Both the position numbers and the translations under genes were made by a program. Below are positions 62,701-64,000 of a stretch of DNA of 64,000 nucleotides, piece after piece. The stretch comes from Candidatus Levyibacteriota bacterium. GTDB lineage: Bacteria > Patescibacteriota > Microgenomatia > Levybacterales > UBA12049. How positions within the stretch are numbered: the stretch's first letter is position 1; the number at the start of each line of letters is the position of its first letter. The notes beneath the pieces are model-generated. The model was not told the origin of the DNA. It saw only the letters and a program-made list of their open reading frames with translations, and ran no database searches. The stretch is from positions 686,980 through 750,979 of the forward strand of contig CAWBPM010000002.1 in the NCBI GenBank assembly GCA_963790825.1. Reading direction: 5' to 3'.

Positions 62701-64000
62701 AGGGAGGAGGAGGTAACACCGGTTCCCAGGGTTGTACCCGAAAGAACATCGGTACTATTAATCTTGAAGGTAGAGCCGGTTGAGAGATTAAGATTACCGG
62801 CAATATCCAGTTTCTGGGTTGGAAGACTGGTACCGATTCCTACATTACCACTCTGAGTGATAACAAATCTACTAAGTCCCGAGGAAGAAGCGGTAAAGAG
62901 ATCTCCCTTCCCTGAGTTATTAACTACCAGGGCAGCATAGGCAGTAGTCGCTGCTATGGAAGCAACCGGATTTATTCCTTCTGCGGTTGTACCATAGATA
63001 TGGAAATTAGCGGAGGAAGTACTAACTCCACCCAGGAGTAGATCCTGAGTAATATTAGATTGTATAATAGTTCCTCCCGAACTGACGAATCCTCCGCATG
63101 TTCCCCAAGTAGGAGCAGCACTACTGTTACTATTCAAGCATTGTCCGGTTGTTCCCATAGCAAGGGTTCCGCCTAAGACTCCGGTTGCCGAGTAGTACGG
63201 GAGAGCGTATTGGGCAGCTGCACTATTGTTGAATCCTGTACCGCCGTACTGACTGGTGATAAGTGTTGCGTTCCAGGTACCGGAGGTGAGTGTTCCGACT
63301 GTTGTCAGGGAGGAGGAGGTAACACCGGTTCCCAGGGTTGTTGAGGAGAGAACGCTGTTGCCGGCGATCTGGTAAGCACCGCTGACACTGTTAAGGTTAC
63401 CCGAGCGGTCAAGGGTAAAGACCGTAGTACCGGATGCACTGGCAGTCAGGATATTCTGGTTGCCGGTTTCATTAAGCGAGACTAAGGCTTTACCGGTTTG
63501 TTTCCCGTTGACTTCCAGCCTGAAGTTAGTCGTAGTTCCCGAGTCAGCCAGGAGGAGTGAATCGCTGGCTGTTGCCGGAGAGAGGGTAGTGGTATTTCTC
63601 TGGAAGTAATTGGTGCCCAGTCCGGTACAAGACGACCAGCTTGGTGCAGCAGTGGTATTGCCAACCAGACATTGTCCGGTTGTTCCGACTGCCAAAGTTC
63701 CGCCTAAGACTCCGGTTGCCGAGTAGTACGGGAGAGCGTATTGGGCAGCTGCACTATTGTTGAATCCTGTACCGCCGTACTGACTGGTGATAAGTGTTGC
63801 GTTCCAGGTACCGGAGGTGAGTGTTCCGACTGTTGTCAGGGAGGAGGAGGTAACACCGGTTCCCAGGGTTGTTGAGGAGAGAACGCTGTTACCGGCGATC
63901 TGGTAAGCACCGCTGACACTGTTAAGGTTACCCGAGTGGTCAAGGGTAAAGACCGTAGTACCGGATGCACTGGCAGTCAGGATATTCTGGTTGCCGGTTT
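53742..64000 (-). CDS. Giant Thr/Gly/Ser-rich repetitive surface/fibre-like protein, 5' end outside window
   Basis: Frame continues through repeat sequence to the window edge; GNVGIGT fibre motifs; C-terminal ADLAEY...GPIQAGDYIT...VVGKAL domain and coiled coil. Confidence 0.9.
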   Translation of the reverse strand, partial: TGNQNILTASASGTTVFTLDHSGNLNSVSGAYQIAGNSVLSSTTLGTGVTSSSLTTVGTLTSGTWNATLITSQYGGTGFNNSAAAQYALPYYSATGVLGGTLAVGTTGQCLVGNTTAAPSWSSCTGLGTNYFQRNTTTLSPATASDSLLLADSGTTTNFRLEVNGKQTGKALVSLNETGNQNILTASASGTTVFTLDRSGNLNSVSGAYQIAGNSVLSSTTLGTGVTSSSLTTVGTLTSGTWNATLITSQYGGTGFNNSAAAQYALPYYSATGVLGGTLAMGTTGQCLNSNSSAAPTWGTCGGFVSSGGTIIQSNITQDLLLGGVSTSSANFHIYGTTAEGINPVASIAATTAYAALVVNNSGKGDLFTASSSGLSRFVITQSGNVGIGTSLPTQKLDIAGNLNLSTGSTFKINSTDVLSGTTLGTGVTSSSLTTVGTLTSGTWNATLITSQYGGTGFNNSAAAQYALPYYSATGVLGGTLAVGTTGQCLVGNTTAAPSWSSCTGLGTNYFQRNTTTLSPATASDSLLLADSGTTTNFRLEVNGKQTGKALVSLNETGNQNILTASASGTTVFTLDRSGNLTASGTVNGLTITNNGTNTLSIAAGKILTVNNNLTFAGTDGTTLTFPSVSDTIVGRASTDTLTNKTLTDSSTLFQNNLDSTKKLAFQLSGITTGNTRTLTIPDASGTLCLSTGNCAGTTNYWTDTSNVISPGNAATNTDKLILGGNATTNFQLEVNGKQTGKALVSLNETGNQNILTASASGTTVFTLDHSGNLTASGTVNGLTITNNGTNTLSIAAGKILTVNNNLTFAGTDGTTLTFPSVSDTIVGRASTDTLTNKTLTDSSTLFQNNLDSTKKLAFQLSGITTGNTRTLTIPDASGTLCLSTGNCAGTTNYWTDTSNVISPGNAATNTDKLILGGNATTNFQLEVNGKQTGKALVSLNETGNQNILTASASGTTVFTLDHSGNLTASGTVNGLTITNNGTNTLSIAAGKILTVNNNLTFAGTDGTTLTFPSVSDTIVGRASTDTLTNKTLTDSSTLFQNNLDSTKKLAFQLSGITTGNTRTLTIPDASGTLCLSTGNCAGTTNYWTDTSNVISPGNAATNTDKLILGGNATTNFQLEVNGKQTGKALVSLNETGNQNILTASASGTTVFTLDHSGNLNSVSGAYQIAGNSVLSSTTLGTGVTSSSLTTVGTIGTGTWQGSAIGTLYGGTGQTTVTTGDLLYGSGTNTWGKLSDVAIGSCLVSGGVTAVPSWGSCTGTSGVTASGGVANQLAFFTGSSTISSDSTLYFDSTNKLLGVGITPVSKLDVEGKVTGKALTILNETGNQNILTASASGTTVFTLDRSGNLTASGTVNGLTITNNGTNTLSIAAGKILTVNNNLTFAGTDGTTLTFPSVSDTIVGRASTDTLTNKTLTDSSTLFQNNLDSTKKLAFQLSGITTGNTRTLTIPDASGTLCLSTGNCAGTTNYWTDTSNVISPGNAATNTDKLILGGNATTNFQLEVNGKQTGKALVSLNETGNQNILTASASGTTVFTLDHSGNLTASGTVNGLTITNNGTNTLSIAAGKILTVNNNLTFAGTDGTTLTFPSVSDTIVGRASTDTLTNKTLTDSSTLFQNNLDSTKKLAFQLSGITTGNTRTLTIPDASGTLCLSTGNCAGTTNYWTDTSNVISPGNAATNTDKLILGGNATTNFQLEVNGKQTGKALVSLNETGNQNILTASASGTTVFTLDHSGNLTASGTVNGLTITNNGTNTLSIAAGKILTVNNNLTFAGTDGTTLTFPSVSDTIVGRASTDTLTNKTLTDSSTLFQNNLDSTKKLAFQLSGITTGNTRTLTIPDASGTLCLSTGNCAGTTNYWTDTSNVISPGNAATNTDKLILGGNATTNFQLEVNGKQTGKALVSLNETGNQNILTASASGTTVFTLDHSGNLTASGTVNGLTITNNGTNTLSIAAGKILTVNNNLTFAGTDGTTLTFPSVSDTIVGRASTDTLTNKTLTDSSTLFQNNLDSTKKLAFQLSGITTGNTRTLTIPDASGTLCLSTGNCAGTTNYWTDTSNVISPGNAATNTDKLILGGNATTNFQLEVNGKQTGKALVSLNETGNQNILTASASGTTVFTLDHSGNLNSVSGAYQIAGNSVLSSTTLGTGVTSSSLTTVGTLTSGTWNATLITSQYGGTGFNNSVAAQYALPYYSATGVLGGTLAVGTTGQCLNSNSSAAPTWGTCGGFVSSGGTIIQSNITQDLLLGGVSTSSANFHIYGTTAEGINPVASIAATTAYAALVVNNSGKGDLFTASSSGLSRFVITQSGNVGIGTSLPTQKLDIAGNLNLSTGSTFKINSTDVLSGTTLGTGVTSSSLTTVSALSAGSITTGFGTINTSSTIQGTDITSSGTTGLTLTGNGAGLTFSTGTGNHIISASSGTLQLGAHTLIGQITGNSQIITGLGTINGLAITANTGTITTGTWNATLITSQYGGTGFNNSAAAQYALPYYTSTGVLGGALAMGTTAQCLLANTSAAPTWGACDTSPGVNLWNQVNGTISPKNATVDLLLGGISTPSATFHVYGSTLAGTSPVASIAANTSYSALVVSNSGKGDLFTASVSGATRFVVNNSGWVGIGTSIPGAALQISGSDTSSPGSEIWITNTGTNGRAWRIGDGPYVANGTFAITDQTAAANRFAIDSSGDIGINSSSPNAILDVRGVGNTTLSGITPVASISGKTSAAALVVDNSGNGDIFTASVSGATRFVIQNDGSIIQNSNASTGIADMLNANSLTTGYGLDISSTSTGLTTNGALGYFSYNPGSATTSTGDVLDLNVGANASGANGSIANIFNIMDNGSTDFSVSQSQILGNLPVQFTAPGDTTMAYDLDFTNPTASFIKSSSALTLQAGDLYTSSDLTLGTYNSGNVIVNSQAFSVNGAATISGQLTVQPTYKVGIGTATPGLALDVQDNQSATASARIYNLNSTSGVGNSGPVGLLVQLGYTAITNNSEDHFINLLDGNGNLRGSAQANGTGVTWKTSGIADLAEYLSKDPNETIPWGSILCEDTNGIVHPCGSSNTSGDIVGVASEYPGFVGGQDQGNASITIGLSGEVNTLVSTDNGPIQAGDYITLSNTQGVGVKATTFGKVVGKALQSYSDSGVGTIEVLVGPTLFAPSTFITASGNVYTSTANNSNSGYVATVSEPPAQSSQTEPETLGATDEARLTNLENTTSQQGSEITSLSGQVNNLSDQENQLASQSAFLTSMLQSPLLSSLIASGSGTFADVGSLDMQDATVSGQLEVLGRTTLNDLGVTGTITAGVTTIDGLNGTIDTISQPLQLQSEGLANIELENNSVVIKTNGDITTQGVLTAHKVNIDNSDSASASLGDVVIKAGGTQAVVTTTALTAKSRIFTTSDTPVPVGSKANDATSFTITLSKSQASDVKVSWWIVN
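57640..60040. repeat. Four tandem 579-bp repeats (193 aa each)
   Basis: Shadow ORFs recur at 57862, 58441, 59020, 59599. Confidence 0.95.
60520..62380. repeat. Three further tandem 579-bp repeats
   Basis: Shadow ORFs recur at 60742, 61321, 61900. Confidence 0.95.

Noticed and set aside
57640-64000. Recurring hub sequence as a CRISPR array
   Set aside because: Units are long, in-frame coding and the intervening sequences are identical; no cas genes

Overview
64 kb of an AT-rich bacterial chromosome, most likely Patescibacteria/CPR of the Microgenomates type. That assignment is inferred from 16S variants such as GTGCCAGAAGTCTCGGTAA, a shortened h44, an N-terminally extended L1 and a giant surface protein. 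The window holds a stand-alone 16S rRNA with a 35-nt insertion, five tRNAs, a Fic toxin-antitoxin pair, an intact IS30 and housekeeping genes (prs, topA, dprA, mreBCD-mrdA, def, fmt, rpmB, rpmG, purA, ddl, galU, secE-nusG-rplKAJL). It ends in a surface locus: a 7x LamG protein, two DUF1566/CLec-like paralogs and a >3,400-aa protein built from near-identical DNA modules. The main unexplained structure is two classes of small repeats that have entered essential genes while keeping the reading frame. (i) Modular palindromes (GTCAT.CTGG...CCAG.ATGAC and related short hairpins) occur in topA, mreB, rplJ, an AlkD-like gene and the 16S rRNA, and as free intergenic copies. (ii) 7-nt-period AT-rich arrays occur in trmH, topA, dprA, mrdA, mreB and ribosomal-operon leaders. 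Small GIY-YIG/HNH nucleases next to tRNAs and a four-helix-bundle remnant are candidate partners. All calls were made by eye, with no database searches.
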